Assembly: GCA_024679065.1 (NCBI GenBank)
Contig: JAGIQG010000009.1
Location: 101,060,001 to 101,124,000, forward strand
Source: Sphyrna mokarran
Taxonomy: Eukaryota
Direction: 5' to 3'
DNA length: 64,000 bases
How positions within the stretch are numbered: position 1 is the first letter of the stretch; the number at the start of each line of letters is the position of its first letter. The notes beneath the pieces were generated by a model. The model made no database searches and was not told where the DNA came from. It saw only the letters and a program-made list of their open reading frames with translations. Positions 38,901 through 51,335 of the stretch are shown here, piece after piece. Position numbers and translations under genes: made by a program.

Positions 38901-40114
38901 AAGTGACCAATATTTAGAATCCTTGCTGGTGTACTGAAGAACCGAATTAGCAGCCAGTAACGGGTTCAGTTCTGAATCATAGTGTGGAGGTTATCAAAAC
39001 GTTCGTTAATAATTCATATAATTGTACTGATTCTGATAACTAGTCACGGTTGTAATTAATATATATAACTACACTATTCGAAACAATTGACTTCTGTCAT
39101 TTCAAAGCACTCGCTTTGCAAATGCATGTGGCTTCCTTACACAGATGTGTGGGACACATTACATGCAGATTTCCTTCCAGCCACAGTACTGTTTGCCAAA
39201 TCCTCCACTCTTGTTCGATCAGAGTTTTGAAATTTGCTCCTAACTGTGTTTTCGCTCCACATAAGCAAATGTTCTGTTTTGTTTTACGATCTTATTCCAA
39301 CACGAAATTGTTACTGACAATAAGGGAGGATGGTCATTGTTAACAATAAGGTGATGCTCACATCCTGTTGAAAAAAAATTGGAAAAAAGAAATCTACTCA
39401 CTGCTTTCCGCAATAAGTTGTTCCAATTCTAGAAAAAGAAAACACACATCATTATTTAGATGGCATTTAAAAGCAATGGGTTCACGAACATATGAGTATT
39501 GACGGTGGGAATTGATTTACTGAATGGCAGTTGTAGCTCTGATAACACCGTGTTCAATAATGTGTTGCACTGATAATAGCTAGCCTCGCCATAGAAAAGC
39601 TTCTGATAAATTGTTTTGACTGAATTTTTCTTTTCTAAACGGACAGTCCAAAACAGTATGTGGTTTTCCAGATGTCAGGACACGGATATGACAGTAAATG
39701 GAAGGAGAATAAAAACATAATTAGTATGATTGTGGTGAATGAATGACACGAGTGAATGATATAGAAGGGCACTGAAAAAAAAGATGAAATTAAACATTTT
39801 GCATTGATTGAATTGAAAGTCCAGTGTCTGTGAGAGTATACTAGTTAAGTTCCCGCAGATCTCATTTTTTATAGAGGAGGGAGTGGGGGTGCATTTACAG
39901 CAAAATTAATCAATTCATTAATTGGGGAGGAGAAATGACACATTAGTCAAGCACAATGTTAAGAACTGATAAATTAGTGAAAATGGATGAGTGGTGGCGT
40001 AGAGTCTGGCAATATATGAGTGGAGAAATCAACTTTCTGGCTAAAGAGACGGGAAAAAAAACGCATAAAGTTAGGAAACAGGATCGGCATGATAACATTG
40101 GTTATTCTATATAT

Positions 40115-41090
40115 AGAAACATCGAACATGGAAAGTAGAAGCAGAGGTAGGACATTCAGCCCTTTGAGCCTTCTCTGTCATTCATCTTTATCATGGCAAA
40201 TCATCAAATTCATTATCCTGATCTCCCATTTCACCCATGTATCTTGATCGCTTTTGCCCCAAGAGCTATATCTAATTTGTTTTCTTTTGAGATCAGACCA
40301 CATTTTTGCCTAATAAAATTCTGTTGTATTTAATTTCACACATTCATCACTCTCTGGATGAAGAAATTTACTTTTGTTCAGTTGCTAAATATTTACTGAT
40401 TATCCTCCGTCTATGACCATTACTTCTGACTTCCCTCCATTAGGAATTTGTTGTCTGAATTTACCATGCCTAATAATATCAGAATTCCATATGTTTCTAT
40501 GAGATCTCTCTCACTCATCTAAACTCCAATGAATACAATCATAAGCAATTTAATCTCTTCTCAAATGACAGACTTCCAACCCAGTATTCATCTTTGCTAA
40601 ACTTGGCTGTTTTCGCCCTATAGCAAGCACATCCTTCCACAGACAAGAACACCAAAACAACACATAAAACTCCAGGTTTGGTCTCAGCTATACAATTGCA
40701 GATAAAAAACATCCCAATTCCTATATTGAAATCATCCCGTCATGAAGGCCAACATGCCGCTAATTTCTTTATTGCCTGCTGTACCCGCCCGCCTACTTTC
40801 AACGACTGATGCATGTGAATCCAATATCTTAGTATCCATCATTCTCATTTTACACCCATTCAAGTGATAATCAGTTTTCCTCTGTTTTCTACTAAAGTGG
40901 ACTTTTGCACATTTATCCACATTATACTGCATCTGCCATGTAAATGTCCATACACTCAGCTTGTCCAAATCAGGCTTAAGCATTTCTACATCCTCGCACA
41001 GCTGGCCCTACCACCCAACTTTGAGTCATTTGGAAATTTGGAGATAACATTTCCAGTTCTCACTTCCAGATCATTAATATAAAATGAATA
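40115..41090 (-). mobile_element. CR1-like LINE 3' part; continues at 44088-45360
   Basis: WQMQYNVDKCAKVHF (ORF 40732-40983). The sequence resumes after the nested insert. Confidence 0.85.
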
Positions 41091-41091
41091 G

Positions 41092-44085
41092 ACTCAAAAC
41101 ATTCAAGAAAAAGCCTGATGTAGTCATTATCACAGATTACTACTTTACAGATAATTTCCCCGTAGAAAATCCTAAACATCATTGCCCCACAGGCAGAGCA
41201 GACCCAGTAAAACTGGCGGCATAGTAGTATGCAGTCGGGAGTGAGTTGTCCTGCTAGTCCTTAACATCAATTCTGCACTGGATAAAGTCTCACGGCTTCA
41301 GGTTAAACACGGGCAAGGAAATCTCTCACTGGTTATCACGTAGCGTCCCCTTTTGGCTGATGAATCAGTATTCCACCATGTTGAACAACACTTGAAGGAA
41401 TCACTGCAGATGGGAAGGGTGAAAAATGCAATCTGGGTGGGAGATTCCAATGTACAAGAAGAGTGGCTTGGTAGCAGCACTACTGATCGAGCTGATCGGG
41501 CTCTGAAACATATAATTGTTAGACTGGGTCAGCAGCAGGCCGTGAAGGAACGAACAAGAGGAAAAACATACTTGACTTCAGTCTTACCAATCTGCCAGTT
41601 ACAGATGCATCTGTCCATGACAATATCGGTAAGCGTGACCACAGCACAGTTCTTGTGCAGACGAATTCCCACCATCACTTTGAGAATAACCTTCATTGTG
41701 TTGTGTGGCACTTTCAAGGTATTCAATGGCAGCGAATTGAAACACATGTACGAACTCAAAACTGGGCAGCTAGAGGCGTTGTGAGGCATGGAGAATAGCG
41801 GAACTGTATTCCAGTACAACCTGCAAACTTACGGTGCGACATATTTCTCACTCAACTATTTCCATCAAGTCAGGGGATCAGCTCTGATTCAATGGAGTGT
41901 GCAGGAGGGCATGTCAGGAGCAGCATCACGTCTATATGAAAATAAGGTATCAACCACGTGAAGATACGAAAGAAAACTACCTGTACTCCAAACGACAAAA
42001 AAATAACAAGTCATATACAGGTATTAGCGATCCCAAAACCACGGAGCTGATCTTAGTATTGCAGTCCTTCCATGCAGTCGTCATTGGTGGTGGACAACTA
42101 AAACATTCAAATTTATGCATCTCCATCGATGGACGAGGTCAACACATATATGCAAAAGATAAGGCTGAAGCACTCGCATCAATCTTCAACCAGAATTGCC
42201 AAGTGGATGATTCATCTCAGCTTCGTCCAGTGATACCCAAAGTCTCAGATGTCTGTCTCCAGCCAATTCGATTCACTCAGCAAGATACAAAGAAACGTTT
42301 GGAAGCACTGGATACTGCTAGAGAATGGGTTCTGATAATATTCCGACAGCAGTAGTGAAGACCTCTACTCCAAAACGTGCTGTTCCCATGGCCAAGTACT
42401 TTGACAACAATTCTAACACTGGCATCAAACCAACAATGTAGAAAATTTCCCAGGTATGTCCTGCACACACAAGGACAAATCCAACCAAGCCAATTACGCC
42501 TAATCCATCTAATCTCGAACATCAGTAAAGTGATGGAAGGGATCATCAAAAATGCTACCAAGCAGCATCTGCTCAGCAATAACCTGCTCAGTGATGACGA
42601 GTTTGGGTTTTGCCATAGTCACTCAGACTTTGGTCTCATTACAGCTTTGGATGAAATATCGACAAAAGAATTGAATTTCAGAGATGATATGAGAGTGACG
42701 GAAGTTTACATCAGGGCCACATTCGAATGAATGCGGCATCTCGGAGCCCTGGAAAAGTGGAATCAATGGTTATGAGTGGACAAACACTCCACTTGTTGGT
42801 ATCATACCTGATACATGGAAAGATGGTTGTGGTTGTGGATAGTCAGTCATCTCAGCTCCAGGACATTTCTACAGGAAGCCTTCAAGGTAGTGTCTGTGGT
42901 GCAACAATCTTCAGTTGCATCATCAAAGACTTTCCCTCCGTCATAACGTCCGAAGTGGGGATGCTTTTGCAATGGTTGCAAGTTTGGCATCATTAGAAAC
43001 TCCTCAGATAATGAAACAATCCATGTCCAAATGCAACAATTCTGGACAAAATCCAGTCTTGGACTGACGTGTGGCATATATAACATTCGCACCACACAAA
43101 TGGCACGCGATTACCATCGTCAGTAATAAGCATTCTAACCACCCCTCGCCGCTCCCCCGCGACATGGAATTATGTTAGCATCACTGAAAGCCCCACTGTC
43201 AACATACTTTGTGTTACATTGACCAGAATTATCTCTGGAATTCTCTGCCCATTAAAGTGGTAGAGACTACCTCGTTGAATATATTTAAGTCACGGGTAAA
43301 TAGATTTCTGATAGACAAGAGAATTAAGGGTTATGGGGAGAAAGCGGGAAAATGGAACTGATCCACTTCAGATCAGCCATGATCTTGTTGAGTGGCGGGG
43401 CAGGCTCGGAGAGCTGGATGGCCTACTCCTGCTCCTACTTCTTATATTCTTATATTCTTAGAAACTCAACAGGACAAAAACCCCGTGGCTTACACATCAG
43501 GTAAGAGTAGAGGAATACTGTGGCGAGTAATTCACCTACTGCCTCCGCAAAGTCTATCCATCATTTACATGCTTCAAATCAAGATAGATGTTCCTCACAT
43601 GCCGGATGGTTATAGCTCCAACAACTACTCAAAAATCTTCACACCATTCAGGATAAAACAGCCCACTTGTTGAGCACTATATCTACAAATAACAACGCGC
43701 TCCACCATCAATGCACAACAGCAGCAGTGTGTATTATCCACCAGAGTCACTGCAGCAATTCACCAAAGATTGTTCGACACCATCTTCTGAAGCCACGAGA
43801 CCTTCAACCCTGAAGGACAACGGCAGCAGATACATGCATGCAGCAACATCTGCAGGTTTCCCTCGAAGTCACTCACTGTCTGCTCTTGGAATTATATTGC
43901 CGTGCCTTCGCATTCAGTAAGACAAATTCCTGGAAGTTACTCCCATAACGGCACTCTAAGTCACCCCACAACATGTGAATTGCAACGATTCAAGGAGGCA
44001 GTTCACCACCACTTTCTCAACGGCAACTAGCGATGGTCAATAAATGCTGCCAGCCAGTTACGCTCATCTCCCATGAATGACTAAA
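41092..44085 (+). mobile_element. L2/CR1-group LINE, ~3 kb endonuclease-RT remnant nested in CR1
   Basis: WVGDSNV (endonuclease), KAEALASIF, LISNISKVMEGII, GSLQGSV. Itself holds a CR1 3' tail insert at about 43230-43460. Confidence 0.85.
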
Positions 44086-44679
44086 AGACAGCGTCCTAGC
44101 ACAGATCCCTGTTGAACTCCACAGGTTACTGCCGAAAAGAAAATGACCCATAATGTCAATCTTGGCATACTATCTGCTGATCTGCTTTCTATCGATCTGA
44201 AGGCACTGCGTGTTATTCCATGGATTTTAAATTTGCATTGTTGTGTTATGTGTGGGAACTTGTCGGAAGTCTTCTAAAACTCCAAATAACCAAAGTCTAC
44301 TGATTCTCCTCCAGCAACGTTATTAAGTCCATGTGCAAAGAATTCCAATGCATTCGCCAAACATTTCCTGTTTTCAATCCATGTTGACTTTGCGTGATTA
44401 GTCCGCTGTCTCCAAATTCTGAGTCATGAAATCATTGATAAGGTACATAAGTGACTTCTCCTGCATCAACATTAGGCTCGATGGTAAACAGTTCCTTCTT
44501 TTTTCCCTAAGTTACTTTATGAATAGCGGTCTTACGTTATCTTCCCTCCAATCTGTAGTAACCATAATATAGCCCAAAGAAGTATGGAGAATATTTACCA
44601 AAGGATCCGTTATTTGCTGGTCCACTTCCTTAAGTGTTCTTTTGATTTTATTGTAATTTGATTTATTATTGTCAAATGC

Positions 44680-45215
44680 ATTCCTATATAGTTAAGCACA
44701 TTGTTTATTGCGTGCTTTTCAGAGAAAGTATGTCCTTCATAGAAAAGGAAATGAAAGTTTAGAGAATGTAGTGTTACAGCCATAGCTAGGGTGTAGAGAA
44801 AGGTCAACTTAATATAAGGTAGGCTCATTCAACAGTCTGATGGCACGAAGGAAGAATCTGTTCTTGTGTTGGTTGATTCGAAACTTCAAACTTTTGTATT
44901 GTTTTCGGATGAAGTTGGAAGAAAAAAATCCGGGAGTTCTCTGGTCCTCAATTACGTTAGCTGTTTTGCAACAAGAAGTGTATGAAACTCAATGAATAGT
45001 TGGTTTGGGTGCTGGATTGGGATGAATTCAGTTTATATTGCAATTTATTTTGTTCTTGAGTGGAGAACAACTGGAAAGCGTGTTTCTGTTAAAGTTATTG
45101 GGGGTCTTAGCTGGCTTATGAAATTTCGCAAGTCTTCTGAGAAAGTAGTGGCGTTGGTGGGCTTTCTTAACTGTGGTGTCGGTACGGGGATACCAGGGCT
45201 CTTGTCTAAATTTCA
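44680..45215 (-). mobile_element. Rex1-like 3' fragment nested in CR1
   Basis: KKAHQRHYFLRRLAKF; 3' UTR matches 11670-11980. Confidence 0.75.
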
Positions 45216-46590
45216 TCACAACCTAGAGGTTAAGCCATCATCAGTCCCATAAATTTCCCCAAAATCATTTCTCTCCAAATACCGATTTCCTTCAGCTCCT
45301 CACTAAAATATGTTTATTTCAGAAGTTCTGGCACATTATTCATGTCTTCCTTTGTGAACGCTTAAGGAAAGTAATGTACACTTTATTTGGTTACATTATG
45401 ATCAACGCGCAACCAAAACGTAATCTGCACCTATACCTCATGCTAAGGTGCTTTAATCAAGTTGCCTTTGACTTTCATCAGTAAATTTCATCAGTTATAT
45501 CCAAAATATCCTTATCATAGAAAGCGTCAGCTCCTATCTTAGCTTCGTAAGCTAGCTCCTGAATTCTTCCAACCTATGTACATCTTTCATTCAATAATGC
45601 AACGCCGGATTGAGAGGGCGGGGGGGAGGCGGGGGGGGGCGTCATAGCGGAAGGGGAGCTGGTATGGAGTGGGGAGTGGGTTAATGTTATTGCAGCTGCG
45701 TAATAAGTTGGCAACCCATGGTAACGCTCCTGGAACCATCGTTCGATCTTATCAGGTTTGCAAATGAAACCTGTATTCAATGGATATTCGAATATTTTGA
45801 TTCATACCTAATTATGACTACCACAGTTAAGACAGTTGCATAACATGTATACAATAGATGTGCAATCTCGCTGTTCAGCATTGCTGCTAACTTAGATTTA
45901 TTTTGTATCGGATTAAAACAAACTGTTGACATGTTTCACTATTTTACACTAAAGTCGGAAGTAAATCGTATGATCAGCCATCATTCTTATTGTTACCGTT
46001 CTCCACGAGCCAATATGTTTTTTCCGCTCCCGTCATGTAGTCCTTCTTTACTACACTGTTTTTCATTTAACGCTCCGTACAATCTGCTGTTAAGTGTCAC
46101 ATTTTTGCACAGTTACTTGCATTTCCTTTCGTAATTTTGAAAGTTTGAGTCTCCATTTTCATTATCTCTATTTCCCCTTCGAAAATATAGACTCCTGTGT
46201 TTGTTTCATTATCTACTTATATCTCTACCATCATACCGTTGTTGTCTTTGTATTTCAATTAATATGTCACGCCACTATAGCTTGAATTTTGCTAAGGTAT
46301 TGTCCTCCTTTAACGTCAATGTTCTCTTCGCCGACCTACACTTCTCTCCCTCAATTGCATGTAGCTTTCATTCATATTCAGATTAATTAATCGTGACTTT
46401 TACACAAAATCATTTTCTGTGCACTTTGCTTTCTGGTTGCCGCGAGCATATGTGATTCTAAGAAATTATCATGAATAATACACATTAATTGTCTTTCTTA
46501 ACATTGTTTGCTCAGCTGTTTTGTATTCAATGGGGTGTGCAGATTGAAGGTCCCTTCCCCGCGCAAACCCATTTCCTATTCATGTAACCC

Positions 46591-46592
<2 letters not shown>

Positions 46593-46655
<63 letters not shown>
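46593..46655. repeat. (CA)n microsatellite
   Basis: Visible in the sequence. Confidence 0.95.
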
Positions 46656-46657
<2 letters not shown>

Positions 46658-47169
46658 CCTCCTACCAGATGGTGACAACCTTTTAGGGAACGTCCATTAA
46701 CATTTATGTAATACCCAATCGTCCTGGTTATATAGTTATGGGAAATGTTGATGACGTGGAAGTATTTGTGGGGTTGTACATCCATCTCACAAGTGAATAA
46801 ATGTTTTATTTCCTTGATCATTTCCATTTTCAGCATAATATTGCAAACTGACCTAAGATGCACTGAGAGATAAGTTTGCAATATTACTTGATTTGCCTGC
46901 TTTGTTCAGAACTGCTGCACAATTTCACAAATATATAATGCAGTATATTGTTGCCTTACCTGCATTCTTCTGTTGCAGTGAGGCTAGTGATCAGACAAAA
47001 GCAAAAAAAAATGCAATAGCAATTAATACAAATGTGGTGATATAACGCGAAATAAATTAAATGCACTTCTGAAACTGTTAACATGATGGGACCACAGGTG
47101 TTAATCCTTTTCTGAAACTATTATGTGTTACATAAGACGACATATTGCCCAGTTTGTTTTGAACCGAAA

Positions 47170-47274
47170 GGCAAAACCTCGCTACCAATTCTACATTAGG
47201 AGGAGGCCAGCAATTTCACAACAGATCAGTTCGTATTCACTCAGCCAGATACTGTCGTGGTCTTTTCACTGAAG
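47170..47274 (-). pseudogene. RBL-like copy 1: start of pocket A
   Basis: Acceptor ttgttag|; IRTDLL*NCWPPPNVELVARF ~ p107 SRLQSIVAGLKNAPSDQLINIF. Confidence 0.45.
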
Positions 47275-48182
47275 CTAACAAACAGATAATTTATATTTCA
47301 GTAAATCTCAACCATTTCGTCAACATTTTTGGGCTTCAAAGTGTCATTCTCCAATATCAAAATTTTCCCAATGCTTCCCTTCGCTCACTTTGAAATGCAC
47401 AAATATTAATTTTAAATCATTGACGAAACAGTTGACATTTCACTGAAGTACTGAATGTTGCGCAGGTTCAGGGGTTTTTATTGTTTGTTCGACGTTCTTG
47501 CACTGTCTCTGCATCCTCGGCTTCGATGCTACTTCTTAGATGATGATGTATTGAAATATATTCAATGTCCTGCTAAACGAATTTGCACCGTTTAAATGCT
47601 CGGGATTCCCATGAAATCGTGAATATTTTCGACCGTTTCGTGGTTGTTCTGATTCACAGATTCACAGAATTTCTACGATGCGGCAGCAGTCAGTTTAGCT
47701 CATTGTTTGTGCACAGGTTCGCCAAAAGAACTTAATTACTTACACAAATCACCCTGTATTTGCCACATACCCCTGCGCATTGTTTCATTCAAAAATATTT
47801 AATTTTCTATTTAATACTTCTGTTGAAACTGCCTCCACAAGATTTCCACGAAGCGCATTCCAGACCCGAAAAACGTTGAACTCGTTTGCCTTGCTTTGCA
47901 TTTTCTTTTGTAATTCTGTCCATAGCTATACCCTTGTCACTTTGATCTTCATGTTACAGGAGTTGGAATTTCCTCCTTTTGGACTTTCTCAATCACCATC
48001 ATGGCTTTGATCGTCTATATAAATTCTTTTCCGATGCGCTTCCTTTGGATGAGAAGATCCGCGGCCTATCCAATCTACCCAAGCAACTGAATATTCTGAA
48101 CTCTGGAAACATTTTTACAGGAGCTCAGGAAAGCATATTTGTTATCAGTTGCGTGCCACGACCAAGTTCCGAATTAGACAAT

Positions 48183-48400
48183 TTATTTTGTGGTATCTTG
48201 TTTTGGACATAAGAACAATTCTTGGCAAATGGGGCCGCGTGTCGTGGGACGATTGCTTTCAAATTTGTATGTTGCATAACGAATTTGTTGGATGACGTTT
48301 CTCGCCTTGAATTTAGAAGATCTTGAAGGTTTTTGCGATTTCTTTTGGTCATAAATATACGCACATGCTTTGTCCACATCTTCACAATATAGGAACCAGG
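48183..48400 (-). pseudogene. RBL-like copy 1: N-domain/pocket linker exon
   Basis: HVRIFM ~ DERIFL; in another frame RNVIQQ...RPTTRGPICQELFL ~ KNILQQ...STPLTGVRYI. Confidence 0.45.
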
Positions 48401-49324
48401 GAATAAATTATTTTCGCTGTCGATTGAGATTATTGTCCTCAAGTATTAGCTGTCTGAACTAGGCAGGTGCTGACCTGGTATGTTGGAGCACAAGAAAGGT
48501 TTTGCGACATTTATCCACATTCCTCCACACTAAATTCCATCAATACGTAGAATGGAACACTTTTATCTGGGACTTCAACAACTGATAGCATGCAATGGTC
48601 ATGGCAGTTGATACTTTGCATACATCGTTATTTGGGAGGACTGGGAAGGAAGTTTGTTCGACAGAGTGAATTGCTTATTTTCCACGTGTTTTGAAAAAAA
48701 GAGTTGATACTGAACAAGGGTATTCTGAGTAAATGCATGCAAACGTGCCTGTTGTATACCAGAGCTCAATGGTTGATATTAGAACAAATGTATTTTACAT
48801 TAGTTTTGAAGCCGTTTAATAAGATAAAGACACCACTGTACTAGAGCGGCAGAGTTTATACAAAAACACAGGCATAAACGTTTCAAAGCCAAAGTTGCTA
48901 TCATGGAGTTAACTTGAAGCAATGTAAAGTGCAGAAGTCACTATTCAGGAACCTGACTCCCCCGACACTTGATTGTTCATTATAGACTAGGGAACACGTC
49001 TCATTTTTTTTTGCACTGTACAATGGTGCAGTGTCTCTGCATAACTTATCTACCTTGTTTGACAGTTGGCCTGAAAATGTCCTACCAAAAATATAAGTAA
49101 TCGAACAAAAAAAAATGAAGAGCTATATTTCAGAACCTTTATGTCCTACTTTCGGATCTTGAAGATGGACGTTTAAGTCACTTTAATTGCATTATTTCGT
49201 TCATCTGAATTCAATCATCATGATCTTACCAATAATATAGCATTTTAGCACTCAAAACAATAGAGTTATCTGCAAAGGGTCACAATTAAAGTGTAGTAAT
49301 TGGAGTGATGTATTCACAGGTGGT

Positions 49325-49433
49325 GTCAATCAACGATTCTTATATATATATATAAATATATATTGGTCTCAGTTCTTCAAAGCATTTGCCACAGAACAGG
49401 AGGCTTGAACTTGAAGTGTTTTATTTTTAAGTG
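49325..49433 (-). pseudogene. RBL-like copy 1: N-domain exon (duplicate b)
   Basis: Near-identical copy of the 50133-50241 exon, within a ~260 bp direct repeat. Confidence 0.5.
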
Positions 49434-50132
49434 CTAAAATCATGGAAGATTAGAATTACAATAGTAGTCATGAAACAATGAATAGATTTGCAGTGGACAT
49501 ATCTTCCCCTGAGGCCAGTTGAATAGCAAATGGAGGTAACAGGATATGCATCTTTAGTTTACTTTTCTGAATCGCACCCGAAAACGTCGTCTGGTCAAGA
49601 TCAACGGAATATTGGAAAGTTATAGTTCCTCTAACATTCTTAATTGGTAAGAACCTCCGTTTATTTCAAGACGATGCACATTGCAATTAAACTTCGACAG
49701 CACCAATATGAGTTACAGGCTGAAGAATGAAATGGAATGGGATTAATTTCCAGGCCAGAAATTTTTGATAACATTTTGCATGCTCATGATATCTGCCCTC
49801 CCTCTTTATATGGAGAGACTTACCATCCATAATGGATAGAAATAAATTCATTTTGTCAAGATAGAGAGGGAAAACAATCAAATAGGATGCCTTTGTGAGA
49901 AATACCCTCTCTCTGAAGACGATGCAGTAGTGTTGATAAGGAAGTCGCCTGCAAATACTTCTCTAGTCCCCTATGACAGCAGTTCGCTGCCCCATGTGGT
50001 AATTGTCAGGAAAATATTGGGCATAGCAGCAAAGTAACCACCTACCAGTAAACAATAGTGGCATGTAAACAATTCACAAATGTTACTTCCTTTTTCCACT
50101 GTGTCAGATAATCTAACCCTTGACCATGAACA

Positions 50133-50241
50133 TGTCAGTCAACGATTCTTATATATATATAAATATATATTCGTCTCAGTTCTTCAAAGCATTTGCCACA
50201 GAACAGGAGGCTTGAACTTGAAGTGTGTTTTTTTTTAAGTG
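50133..50241 (-). pseudogene. RBL-like copy 1: N-domain exon (duplicate a)
   Basis: Acceptor ttttag| followed by HLK..., then frameshifted SLLFCGKCFEELR..Y..ESL, similar to p130 LLKGK...GFLEPGNFGESFKAINKAYEEYVL. Confidence 0.5.
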
Positions 50242-50648
50242 CTAAAATCATGGAAGATTAGAATTACAATAGTAGTCATGAAACAATGAATATATTTGCA
50301 GTGGACATATCTTCCCCTGAGGCCAGTTGAATAGCAAATGGAGGTAACAGGATATGCATCTTTAGTTTACTTTTCTGAATCGCACCCGAAAACGTTGAAA
50401 ACGGAATATTAACTGCAATAGATGGTTCACAAAACATTCAGAGAATTGCTATCTGTTGAAACTAAGATGATGGTTTTTGAAACTTGCATTCTTGTGACAT
50501 TCTTTCCCATTGATCTGAGTTCAGAGAACTTACAAGTATGAAGAAAGAAATTGCAAGAATTTAAGTCATCCTAAACACAAGGAAGTTCAAAATCACATAA
50601 TGACATTTCGTTCAAGGGAAAGCATATTGCCCATATTCTTGCACATAC

Positions 50649-51335
50649 CTGGAAAGGTACGCTTCGCTGGATCAAGCATGTGCACAGGAGAGATTATTCT
50701 GAAGGATTTTCTGTATTCCTGCATTAACATCCGTAAGCCCAGTGGAAGGCCCAAAAATCTGTTTCAAGATTTGTTGCAAATATAACATGTGTGATATCAA
50801 CGTTGATTTCCATTCATGAGTCGATGCTAGGCTGCTACAAAAGAACAGGACGGCATTAGCCAAGAGTGTAGCATCGTAGTAAACTTGACTACAGCAGCTT
50901 AACAACATCTCAACAGCTCCACGTAATAGCACTTGACAAACATTCAATATGCAACCCTTGTCCCAAAATCAGTCTCTCACGAATTGTAATTTGGAACTAG
51001 GAGAAGAACAAAATTGTTTGAACCTCCCCTAGCCTTAATGCATTTGTTGTATGAACCTCAATTTTGTCAGATGACAAGGAATGAAGATCAATGCTAATTG
51101 ATGCAGTGCATACGGATGTATGTGGATTCGCCTTCCTCTTCCTGCATATGTGGAACAGAACTTCACTTAACCCGTTGCAGATCTTTGCCCTGATGCACTG
51201 CAAAGTGCTTGTGGTATATTCTATTTTAAACACCTCGATTAAATATGAACTTTCCGCCTTCGGGTAACGCGTTGCATACACAAGAAAATGTTGTTCCTAT
51301 GTTGCTGCCGTTGCTGCTTTGACAATCAACGCTTT
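50649..51335 (-). pseudogene. RBL-like copy 1: N-domain exon cluster
   Basis: LIEVFKIEYTTST ~ RIERLERNFEVST; ILFFS*FQ ~ IFHFCWVL; MLLSCCSQVYYDA ~ LLLCALDLVYGNA; ILKQIFGPSTGLTDVNAGIQK ~ IIEKLCSLHDGLVLEAKGIKE. Donor AG|GTATGT at 50649/50648. Confidence 0.7.

Larger units (their letters stand above)
49324..50395 (+). repeat. Near-identical ~260 bp direct repeat (49324-49587 and 50132-50395)
   Basis: Direct comparison shows only a few differences. Confidence 0.95.

Noticed and set aside
49493-49534. Plus-strand AG/GT-flanked 42-nt exon inside the duplicated segment
   Set aside because: It is isolated with no partner exons, and is likely chance.
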